64,000 bases of DNA, taken from the NCBI GenBank assembly GCA_977016875.1, contig CDRNST010000214.1, positions 3,844,001 to 3,908,000 of the forward strand, read 5' to 3'. The position numbers and the translations under genes were made by a program. Positions within the stretch are counted from its first letter, which is position 1. The number at the start of each line of letters is the position of its first letter. Shown here piece after piece: positions 23,401 to 35,300 of the stretch. The notes below the pieces were generated by a model. The model was given only the letters and a program-made list of their open reading frames with translations, searched no databases and was not told the origin of the DNA. Source of the stretch: Pavona decussata (taxonomy: Eukaryota).

Positions 23401-24826
23401 ACAAGCCTGCCCTTAAAGTGCAGTCTGTGATGGTAAGATTTTATGGTTATGAAATGAAGACCATGTACACAGTGCTTAATTTCTCTTGTAATCACAAGAC
23501 TACTACAGATTATACAAAACAAACACTACAACTAAAAAATGTTATTGCTTTTCCATTTTGTTACAAAAAATGGATAATATTATTGTAATATCAGGACTGA
23601 ACTGAACGTTTTATAGACATGGAGTCTCGCATTTCTTTTGAAAAATATTTCAGTTTCTTCCTAACAAATTGAGCTAAATTTATTTTTCTGAAGAAAAAAT
23701 GATTATGTAATAATATTGTTATTCTACAAATGAATGTAAGAAGTAAGAAGTTTTAACTATTAAGAAAATATAGTAAATATTATGTTTGTAATAATACTTT
23801 GGGAGGTAAATTATTCGACCTCAAATTTTACCCATTACATATCATCTGTCATTTCTGTTTTAACTTATCTTCAAAAATAAACACAGATCATTATATTTCA
23901 AAAATTGTGTCTTGGATATTTTTCCAAAATAATTTGTTTGTCTGTTATGGTACACAGATTGGTTCTTTAGCTTTGCATAGTTATTATTAATTAAAATACT
24001 TTAATTATTCAATTATCAAGAACACTGCAACTAAAAACCATAAGCTCAAATTATAACATTTGGCTTATGACTCCTACCAATAGAACTATTAATTAAATAC
24101 TTGGGGATAATTATTTAAACATTAGGGACTTTAAGCAAGGAAGACATCATTTGAAAATACAAATTCATGTTGTTCTAACTACTTGGCAATTTCTCCAATA
24201 CATTCAACTTGTACATTGGTGCTAAAGTATCCAGGAACAGAATTGAAAGGAAAGACATTCAAGTTTAGAAAAGGAATAAAAATTGGTTATCTGAGTATGG
24301 ATCTATAGCAACCCTACTTGTGACTAAACCACTGTACATAGCTATTTGTTTTGTTTATGTTCTAGTCTGTGTCACTTAACTGCCAAACAACTTATAAATA
24401 GGTAAAATTTTCTGGTTGACAAGTTTGAACTTGGTTTGGGAATTTTTGTCTTTTCAATACGGATTTTAAATTAAAATAAGCACCATTGAATGCCATGTAA
24501 AACTGTTATTTTCATGTAAAAAAGATGTGACTGCACTGAGGAAGAACTAGCAATCAACTGACAAATGGAAAAGGGTGGAGTAATACATCTTGTTTTACTG
24601 AATTTTAGTGAAAAGCATTCATTGGACCAATAGTACTGGGTTAAAATGAGCACAGCTTCAAATTAAAATAATTCTCAGCCAAACCACCAAAAATCAAGAC
24701 AAGGGGTTGCGCCTCGCATGGGTCTTATTGTCCCATTTTGTGCAATACCCTTTGGACCACTCATTTTGTTTCTTGTATTTCTGTTTTGTTCTTTGTATTT
24801 ATTTTGATGCATCCAATAAAGCCGAT

Positions 24827-25020
24827 AAACTGAAGCCAGAACTGAACGTGCAAACTGATTCAATTCGCGCTAAAGTATTTGTTTGACCATCTATTAATAT
24901 GTTAATTTTCAGCTCTAGCCTATTTAAATATCCGCGTTCACAAACTGATTTTTTCTCTTGATAATGGAGTCAAGATGACTCCGAAACGTCGAACCTTAAA
25001 TCTCTCTGTAATTTTTGAAA
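24827..25020 (+). mobile_element. Penelope-like element 3' remnant (GIY-YIG C-terminus + pLTR)
   Basis: 24827-24886 encodes KLKPELNVQTDSIRAKVFV*, a typical PLE endonuclease tail, followed by a hammerhead-like motif. Confidence 0.75.
24956..24992 (+). ncRNA. Minimal hammerhead ribozyme, C3U/G8A variant
   Basis: TC-TTGATAA-T-GGAGTC-AAGAT-GACTCC-GAAA-CG-TC-GA: compensatory U3-A8 core, 6-bp stem II, palindromic stem III ACGU, GUC cleavage triplet, TC/GA stem I. Confidence 0.7.
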
Positions 25021-25369
25021 AAATATAATATATAGACTACTCCAGAACCACTTAGTGATGACTCAAATGACCAGAATGATGAATGCATTGGAGACTAAGG
25101 AGTATCACGTAAGGAGGAGAATGGCGGGGTGCACAAGTGAGAGGGTGGGGTAGGGTTGTGATGTGCCTACTCAGAAGCTTCTTCATATTGTAGACTGCAA
25201 GCAGCTGTCATACTTTTTTCCTCAGATCACGCACACAAATGCAAATAAGAACAATGAATGAGGAGGGGTAGATCCAGTGCACGCTAAAGAACTTAGGAGA
25301 AGCCCTTGTGATAGTACAGCAAATTGTGTTTCAGTGTAAATGGAAAAACGAGCATGCATAAACATGGCA

Positions 25370-28300
25370 TTAATCAAAGGAGACGAGCACTCCAGTAGGA
25401 GGGTCTTGTCTTTCCTCCTTCCTTTCTCTTGATGGTTTTCTCTGCTTTTCATTGATGTTATGAATGACAAGCTTCATCTTTTTCTAAAGAGAAAATTGAA
25501 ATTGCTTACATTTATTTAATATTATTGGTTTCATTCATTCATTTAAAGATTCATCCAACACTTGGGCAGGTCTTATTTTTGAGATGTTGTTCATTAAGGA
25601 ATTGAACCCTGAGTTAAATACTCAGAAAGACTATTCATGCCAAACTCTTTACGTGACTGTGTCTGCGAATACCTCATTGCATTATCATAACATAATTATT
25701 TTTTCTTTTTATTTGTGTCTCTTAGGAATTCTTCCTACATTTTATAGTCGTTCCTATTTCTTTCATTCTTGACTTCATAATGATGTAAAGCAAAAGTCGG
25801 AACATCGTCACATTTGAAACTTTTAACCAAGATGGTTTTAAACTTTTATCACAATGTTTTATAGTTTAAGAACTTTCTTCTGCACCTCATCATCAATGCA
25901 CTTGGTCACTTCCCTTTCCCTTTGTAGACTACAACACTACAAATATTGTGTCTGAGCAACTGAAAGTGTCATGTAAATACAGGGAATTAATCCCTGCATC
26001 CACAACATTAGGTGTATATAGCAGGTGACTGGCTGATCACCTCCATATCAAGAGAGTTTTGTGCCCTTTACATCCACAAAAACAACATCACAAAGCAACA
26101 AATTACCTGGTACTTCCCCCACATTGCAAATATATCCACTAACTTCTCTTCTGGATCCAGACACCTGTGAACTGGTTGCAATAACCAAGAGAAAGTTAAT
26201 AGAATCACAACAAAACGTATAGTTGTTACAAAGTCTGTAGACACATAAGCATATCTGCAGATGATCTCCATCATTAATTTTTTAGCATTTACATACCAAA
26301 GTAAAGGGAGATAGGTATACCAGGCACCTGAAGGTAAGTAAGTACTGGTTAATTCTGTACAGGTCTCAGCTAGAAGTTTACTCCCCCTAAAAGGATGCTA
26401 ATCTAGCACAGGTTACCCAGCAGGGAGTGACTGAGAAAATTACTAACCCCAACCCCAACCCCCCCCCCCCCTCCACCCCACCTATCTGGATGGTATGCTT
26501 GTCCATCACAGGATACACACATGAAGTGACTTGGAGTATTACTACTCCCCCCACCCCCTGGATAAGATCCTAGTCTTATATTTACAGGATATGCACCATG
26601 AAGTGACTAAGAGTATTACTTCTCCCCCCCACCACCCCCTCGATGCAATGCTAGTCCAACACATGAGTTACCCCTCCCAATTGGGTGTTGTGCATTGTGA
26701 GAAAAGTAAACTTACCAGAACCATCTACTGATTCTTCCCACATTTCCAGAGCTGCTGCATCAATCTGTCCACCTAAAAAACTCTTGTGACTTGTATACTG
26801 GCTGCATGTCACATGAAACAGAATGGCAGCATGTAAGACAAATTGCACTAAGACCATTTATATTGTGTAAGACCATTGGCACTAATGAAACCACAGATCC
26901 AAAAAGAACTCATCAATAATTACAGTCAACTCTCTCATAGCGACCACTTCTCGGAAGGGACTACCTCCCGTAAGCAACCACTTCGTAAACAACTGTTTTG
27001 TTTCTCAGTTAAATACTGTTTCAAGAGCTCTCTCGTAAGCGACCACCACTCAAATTTCTCAAGGGACCGCGACCACTTTTTAGGCTAGAAATTACACATA
27101 TTCTTTTGTTCTCTGTTTCTGGTAAGCGACCTCATGTATGATCATTAGTAAATCATTATTCATCATTAGTAAACCATTATTCAGAAGTGACAAAGTTCAA
27201 TTTTTTAATGACGCTACCCAGGACTGCTGACAGATAATAACAGTTTACAAACAGAGAAGATGGCTATAATTAGATCTGAAGGTAAACGGGAATTGTTACA
27301 GTGATCTGTTCCAAAATGTTATACAAAGTTTCATCATAAGAATGAATAGATGTGAAAAAATCAAATAAATTAGTTTCTATTTGCCTATTATTTTAGCTGC
27401 TAAGGTTAATATTTTTATCTAATTAATTAATCAATCCAGTATTAGGCTTATTTTCCTTTTTCCTGTAAATGACCACCTGCCGTAAGCCACCACTTTGTTG
27501 TGCTCCAAGGGTGGTCGCTCACAGAACAGAGTTCACTGTATCAATGGAACAAAAAGGGATTTTTTAAGTTTACAAATGTCAAAGACAATATAATACTAGA
27601 ACAAAGTTTCTGCATTCAAGATCTTTTTTGGCTTCTGCACAAGTTAGATTTAATAACATTCTTTAGTTTTGTTTTAACTGTGGCACAACCATTGTCAAGA
27701 ACTGGTATTTCTTCCTTGTTTGACCGTATTGCAATATACAAATGAGAAACATGTGAACCAGACCTGCAACATTGATTAACAAACTGCATTTAGAAAGCAA
27801 CCATTGTCAATAAAAAACTTACACCAACCATTGTAAGGTTTGTGTTTCTAGTTTTATCAGCTTGGCAAAAATAGCAAACCAGTAACTCACCGCATGACAT
27901 CTGACACCAAATAAAAGGATTCTACTTTGCAAGTCTGCAAATAAAATAACAAAAATTATGAATTTTAAACCTTATTTTCAAACATTCCAGGCTAGTGGAG
28001 CCATGTAATTCTGTCTTACCTTAAATGTTTTGTCTGGTTTGAAAACTTTTAATGTGCTCATATCCTCAATGATAGGAACTGGTAGACTGCTGCCAGTCTG
28101 TTAAACAAAAATAACTAGAGGTGAGTTGAAAGAGACCCTTCTCCAAAATGGTGGCCAAAAATTCAAATAAGTTAAAAATAAAAATGTATACCAGCACTAC
28201 AAAGAGCCCTTTTACTTTAGTAACCCTGCAAAGTTTCAGCATATCAGGTGTAATGTCAGCTGAGAAAAATAATGTAAGTTGAAAAATGAAAAATTTACAG

Positions 28301-31300
28301 ACATTTGTATGACTGGAGGTATGATGTATACCCCCAGTCATACAAACGTCTGTAAATTTGTCAAATTTCATCATTCTTACATTTCCTTAGCTGATATAAC
28401 ACCTAATATGCTGAAACTTTGCAAAGTTACTAAAATAAAGGTGCTCTTTCTGGTACTGCTATCAGTTTTTCATTCAGTTCAATTTTAATTCATTCAAATT
28501 TGCTGCTGCCATTTTGGAGAAAAGTCTATTGAATTTAAAAATGACACTCTACAGCTCACCCCAGCTTTTACTGTGCTCATGATACTATGGGCCATGAACA
28601 GTATGGATGACTTCCCTTCTAATAACAAGCCATGGTGGTCTTTTACAGTTAACATGTTTGATGGATTCCAGATATAGTAGTCAGTGTCTCTATACTGAGT
28701 TGCTCAACAAAATCAACATGTTGCACAAGTTTGCCATTGTTGCAAAATTTGATTTTGAAGAAGTTGACATTAATGATAATTGAATGCATCCAAATTGTGT
28801 ACTGGTTTGCAATGTGCAAAAAATACAAGGGCAATGTTCTTTAGGTGAATTGAATTGAAAGCCATATGCAGAAATGTAGGTACTTTTGCACCCCTAAAAT
28901 TTGACCCAAAAACATCCCTTCAGAGACTTTTCTACTTGTCTCTTCTATTTCTCTTGTGTACATTATTTAACACTGACTCTATTTCAGTAACATTATTAAT
29001 AGTTACTTCACTCACCCATTTCATCATTGTTCTTTTTATGCCATTTAATGCCACTGCCACAGGAATGGGATGAAACTAAATCAAACATGAAAAAACTAGA
29101 AGTTAAATATTTAAAGGCCCACATTCACCCAAAATGTATTGCGCGCCGAGGAACAGTTTTCATATATGAAAACCCCCCATTTTATTTGAGCGGGAGTCGA
29201 GTGAGAAAGCAATAAGCAATCACGAATATTCTTTCCCTCCAGCACGAGTCGTAGAGGAAACCCGCATGAACCGCTTGAGTTCGTACAGCCAATAAGATAA
29301 CGCGTTTGGACAATACAGCATTTCAAAACAAAAACAAACGACGGCAATGACTCTTGGGTGAAGGTGGGCCTTTAAACTTATTAAACTAAAAAAATGGAAT
29401 GACAGGGGGCAGGGACAAAGAGTGAAAGGGGTGGGGACTGGGAAAGAAAGGGGTGGGAACTGGGAGAAAAGGGGGTGGGATCTGGGAGAGAAGTGGTGGG
29501 AACTGGGAGAGAAGGGGGTGGGAACTGGGAGAGACGGGGTGGGAACTGGGAGAGAAGTGGTGGGAACTGGGAGAGAAGGGGGTGGGAACTGGGAGAGACG
29601 GGGTGGGAACTGGGAGAGAAGGGGTGGGAACTGGGAGAGACGGGGTGGGAACTGGGAGAGAAGTGGTGGGAACTAGGAGAAAAGTGGTGGGAACTGGGAG
29701 AGAAGGGGGTGGAAACTGGGAGAGAAGTGGTGGGAACTGGGAGAGAAGGGGGTGGGAACTGGGAGAGACGGGGTGGGAACTGGGAGAGAAGGGGTGGGAA
29801 CTGGGAGAGAAGTGGTGGGAACTGGGAGAGAAGGGGGTGGGAACTGGGAGAGAAGTAGTGGGAACTGGGGGAGAAGGGGGTAAGAGGTGAGAACTGAAAA
29901 AGAATGAGTGTAAACTAAGCAAGAAGTGTTGAGGCTGGGAGGGAAGAAAATGGGAACAGGTAGAGATTGAATGCAAACAGGGGGAAAAGAGGGTGGGGCC
30001 TGGGAGAGAAGGGAGAGGAAACAACAATCATGGAAGAGAAGGGGTGGGACCTAAGAGAGCAAGAGGGGGAAGGGGGTTACCTGGTTGATAAGGGAATGGC
30101 AACTAGGAGAGAACAGAGTTGAAAGGGAGAGAGGGGTGTGAGTTAAGAGAGAAGGGGTGTGAAATGGGAAAAAGAAAGTGAGACAACTACAAAGGGGTGG
30201 AAAAAAGGAGTGCAAAATATGTGCCCACAAAACATGCCACACATCACCTCTTTCTTTTCCTTACCCACCTACTTTCTTGTTCAGGATGATTGATTCAACT
30301 TCCAGTCAGAATACTTGTAATTATAAATTTTCTCACCTCATTTGTGGCAGTAAGGCTTGTTACATCAGGCCCTGTGACACACTGAGCTGAAAACAGGAAG
30401 CAATACATGAGTCATGATATTTATTTTTTAAGACAACATCAAATTAATCTATTCCAGAAAAAACAGAAGTAATCACAACAGAAATACTGGAAATAACATT
30501 TCCAAGCCTATTGGTTGATTTATAGGGTGGGGGGAGGGGGGAGAGAGAAGGGCAGAGGACATGCATCCAGAAGCCCCTTGAAGGTTGAGTCCCAGGGCAA
30601 ACTGTCAGGGAAACGCATATTTGCAGTACATTAAAAAATGTACTTAAGCTTTTAAGGTGGTGGCAAGAAGTCAGGATTTTACTAAGTGAATAGCACTAAC
30701 TATCAGTGCTGTTTAAAAGATAGATTAAGAGATAACCAAGAAAGTAACTCGTAGCTTAACCCTTTTATTTCTAAAATCAACATGTATATTTTCCCAACTA
30801 TTCTCTACATATTTATTATGGGACTAGTTGAGAGAATTTGTTTATCAATCAATGGATGTTACCTTTGCTGATTATTTCCTTTATTCTCATGATCTGAATG
30901 TTTAATCAAGTAGTGATATTGTAAGGAAAAATTATATGTTGGTCACCATTGGGGCTTAAAGGGTTAAGTCTTATTACCCACCTGGAAACCAACCAAATCT
31001 GCCTTTGTAAAGTCCAGGCCACCTGAAGAGAAATAGATGAGGTACCATGACATCAATCTTGCTTCACAGGACTTCATACAATTTTTTTGTATCTAACACC
31101 CACAATTTTAAACAATCAAGGGAAAAGAGCAATGTATTGAGAGAGTGGAAGCTCAAAAATAAATAAGCAATAATTTGTTAAATTACTTTTCTCAATAGTA
31201 CCCAGAGGAAGCAGATTTTTGTGTTAGCTTCGAGCTAACACTGAAATCAACTAGGAGTGATTTGTAGTTGCAAAGACCAACAACATTGAAATTGATGGTT

Positions 31301-32277
31301 TACATAATAATTAATACAGTGGAATCTCAAACCCTCCATTTTTTGAAACTCTCAATCTACCGAACCAAAATTGTTTCTCTTGGATTGGCTTTGGTCAGGT
31401 TTTTACCTCTGAGTTTCGGAACTTCAGATTTTTCAAACCAAATTCAGTTTCCCTAGGTGGTGCGAGAAATCGGTAAATTCTACTGTATGTAAAATCACAT
31501 AGATATCAGCAACCTACCAAGCTAACTCAAGTTCACACAGTTCCACAGGATACAGTCCCTACAAAAGAACAAAAATTGGATCGAAAAAAAAAATCAAGGT
31601 TTACTGAAGAGTACTTGAAAAATAAAAATAAAATAGAAATAATCAAAGATTAGGGAGTGCATTCAGTGTTCTCAATCCCAGGCTCTCTCTCCTTTGCCAA
31701 ATTGGTGATGATGTCATCTGCCCCTGCAAAAATCTGTGGGGGATGCCAGATACGCATCCTGAGATCCATTCATTCAATCAATGTTGTTCCATACAACCTC
31801 GACTTCAATCTTTAGTACATTCTTTTTACATCAAACATAATAATTGCATAACTGCATGAAACTTAAGTTGCTGATATCTTTAGGCAAGGTGCACTACATT
31901 GCTTTCTTACCTTTAAGACTATAACAATACAAGGGGTTTCATTAGGATTTGAACAGGTGGGCAAATGTGTAGTACACCCGGGCATTTATATGAACTAAGT
32001 AAACACTTTATTTGCTGATTTGGGGTCTGGCAACTTTACATGTATCTTTTTAATTTGTTGAAATTGAACAACTTTGATTTGACTTACTGGAAGCCAGAGA
32101 TCTCTGGATTTGATTCCAATTATCAGGACCTCTTCACCTTGCCTCAGATTTAACTCTACATTCAAAGATGATAAGTTCATTAAAACACATCAATACGTCA
32201 CAGAGTCTGAAGTTAAATTTTATAGTAAGTAATAATAATAATATTTAATATTTATAATAATAATAATAATAATAATA

Positions 32278-32321
<44 letters not shown>

Positions 32322-35300
32322 ATAGTAAATAAATAAAGTTTTACATAGTACCTATCCATTTCTTTACTAAATGCTTTACAATACTTTTGAAGCAACTGCC
32401 AATAATTATGAAAACTACTTATAAAGTTATTATACAAAACATAACACATATATTAAGTAAAGCTCTGAAATTAAATTACAAGCAGTAAGCTGCCTATCGA
32501 AGATACGTTTCAGCCTGCATTTAACATTAAAAATTATGTTCATTTTATGTTACAACTCAATTGATCTGTCTATTGAAAGTTTGTTCCACAATCTAGGAGC
32601 AGTTGTAGAGAAAGCTCTGTAACCATACCTCTTAAGATCGAATACAGGTATGTATGTATGTTGAAGCAAGGAACAGAATGACCAGTAGATGAGTACAGAG
32701 GTCTTTGTGAATTTAGTAAGTTAATTAATTACTTCAGTAAACAGAATGTGCACACCTTACACAGATTGAATAAACAGAAATCTATGCTCAGAAAGGTGCA
32801 GAACAGGTTTTTTTCAGTGTTCATTATAATATTAATAATACTGCTGTACCTAAGTCAACTGTCTTGTGAAAGTCAATTTTGGCTTCTATCGAAACTGCTA
32901 AGAATTCCTCATCAGGCACGGGTAATCCTTTGAAAGACTAGGAGTAATAGGAAGAAGGATGAAATAAAACAAAATGAATGAAATGATCTCAAAATATAAT
33001 AACAAATGTAAGGGTCAATATACAAGCCTACGGAAATGATTCTCCAACCCCTTGAAAACATTTAACATACATTCATGTATACAGTCACATATTAATTTTG
33101 ACTGAAATTATTTAGTATGCCAAACAATGTGTTTGTACCTCAACAAATGCTTCTTTCTCTTTCTCAATACAACTTTTGAGTTTTTTAACCCAAGCTTCTT
33201 TATCTGACTCTGAAGATGCTAGAAATTTGTAGACTTGTGTGGGTGTTCCAAGAATAAACACTGCAATAGGAAGAACACTTATCAATACCATAACAACATC
33301 ACACTTCTGTATAAAAGTATTACAGGATGGCAATGGCCAAAAGGCATATCTTTCTTTTGGTAACAATGAATTTTAAGATAGATGCATTTTCTCAGTCAGT
33401 GTAACAGGTATACTCAGAAAAAGAAAATCTGAGTTATAGATCTCTTAACAGGAGTCGATTGCTCTACCACTGAGCTGCAGGAGACTTCTGGAGTTTATAG
33501 GCGATTAAACTAAGTTCATGAAAATTATGACAAACATCCTGCACACTGCGAAAGAAATGTGAAGTTATATTTCAAGCCTGGTGAATAAATAATAGATGTA
33601 TTTTTTCAGTCAGTGACACAAGCATACATAGATAAAGAAAAACTGAGTTCTCCCAACAGGAGTTGAACCTATCACCTTCCAATATTATTATTACTAGTTG
33701 AGATGCTCTACCACTGGCCTTATCCACCAAGACTCCTGCACTGCTCACAACATTATGCGTTAGTACAGCACTTAAATAACTGTAAGTTGTTAGTAACACC
33801 CTTTTCAAGGTTTAACAGGTTACGGAATATTATCTTATATAGTGGAACCCTGCCTTACAACCACCTTGTTGTATGACCACTTTTATGTTCCCTGAATAAA
33901 TTGATAGTCCAGGCATCTACTTAGTTTTACAACCCCATTAATCCGACCACTCCGTTATTACAACCACATTTTCACAGCCTGGAGGAAGTTGTATTAATGT
34001 AGCCCGAAGGTAGTTGTATTATCAATGTACCATGTGTAAATCAAAGAATAAAGTTGTAAAGTTGTAAGGTTCTGTTGTAACACTGAAAACAAAATAATAT
34101 GCCTTGCATTTCCAGAGCACCATAGCAACAGACACTACACTGATAAGTTCACCAAAAAACTTGAATACTGTAACAGGACTTACTAGTATCTGGTGGATTG
34201 TTGTAGTATGCACTTGGTGATGCAATCCAAGCTTGAGAAAGAGGAATGTTGTCTTTTAATTTATAGGTTTTCTTTCCTGTTATGAGATTTTCTGATGCCT
34301 GAAAAAGGAAAATGCAAACAAAATCATCTTCAGCTGGAGGTGTTTCTCACAATATTCAAAGTCTACTGCCAGCACATAAAGGAAAAAAAATTACTGATAA
34401 CTTGTACAGGGTGTTTGACCTTACCAAGCCAATTAACAAGATGTTATTAAATAGGAAGAGATATCTGAAAAGAAAGAAAAAGAACAATACAGGATGAAGT
34501 AATTTTTTAAGTAGATCATTAAAACCTTCAGCTTACAACATAATAATAATAATAATAATCAATTTATATAGCGCTTTTTATATAACATTCAAAAGCGCTT
34601 ACAATATAAAAACGAAAAATTTAGTCAAAATCAATAAAATATAACATTTAAGAATAATCAATCAAACAAAAAGTAAGAAATAAAATAAAAAAAGTAAAGA
34701 ATAATCAGATGTCATATGCTTTTTTAAACAAAAATGTCTTCAAGTGTTTCTTGAAAGTGTTTAAGTTCTTGGCAGTCCTAATTGCCAGAGGAAGCTTATT
34801 CCACTTGGATGGACCAGCAAAAGCGAATGCTCGATCACCAAAAGTCTTACATTTGGTTCGAGGCACCTCTAATAAAGTGAGGTCATTAGATCTCAAAGAG
34901 CTTCTGATTGATGCCTTTTCCCTGATGAGATCACAGATATAATGTGGAGCGATACCATTAAACGCTTTGAAAACAAGTAGTAATATTTTGAATTCGATCC
35001 GAAACTCTACGGGTAACCAGTGAAGATCTTTTAGATAAGGTGAAATGTGACTAAATTTGGGTACTAGACAGACGACTCTAGCTGCAGCATTGAGGACTTT
35101 TTGGAGCCGATCCAGTTGATATTTTGGAAGTCCAGAAAGGAGAGAGTTGCAATAATCCAAGTGAGATGTCACAAAAGCATGAATTAATATTTTGGTGGCC
35201 TCAGTGGAAAGAAATTTTCTTATTTGTCTAATGTTGTAAAGACCCTTAAAGGCTTTGTTACAAATGTGTCCAATGTGAATGTCCATCGCCATGTGCTCAT

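Noticed and set aside
29430-29880. CRISPR-like periodicity
   Set aside because: Head-to-tail tandem units with no unique spacers, in a eukaryotic intron, with no cas genes.
29386-30027. Long Pro/Ser- and Gly/Trp-rich ORFs
   Set aside because: Translations of the G-rich minisatellite; open in several frames.
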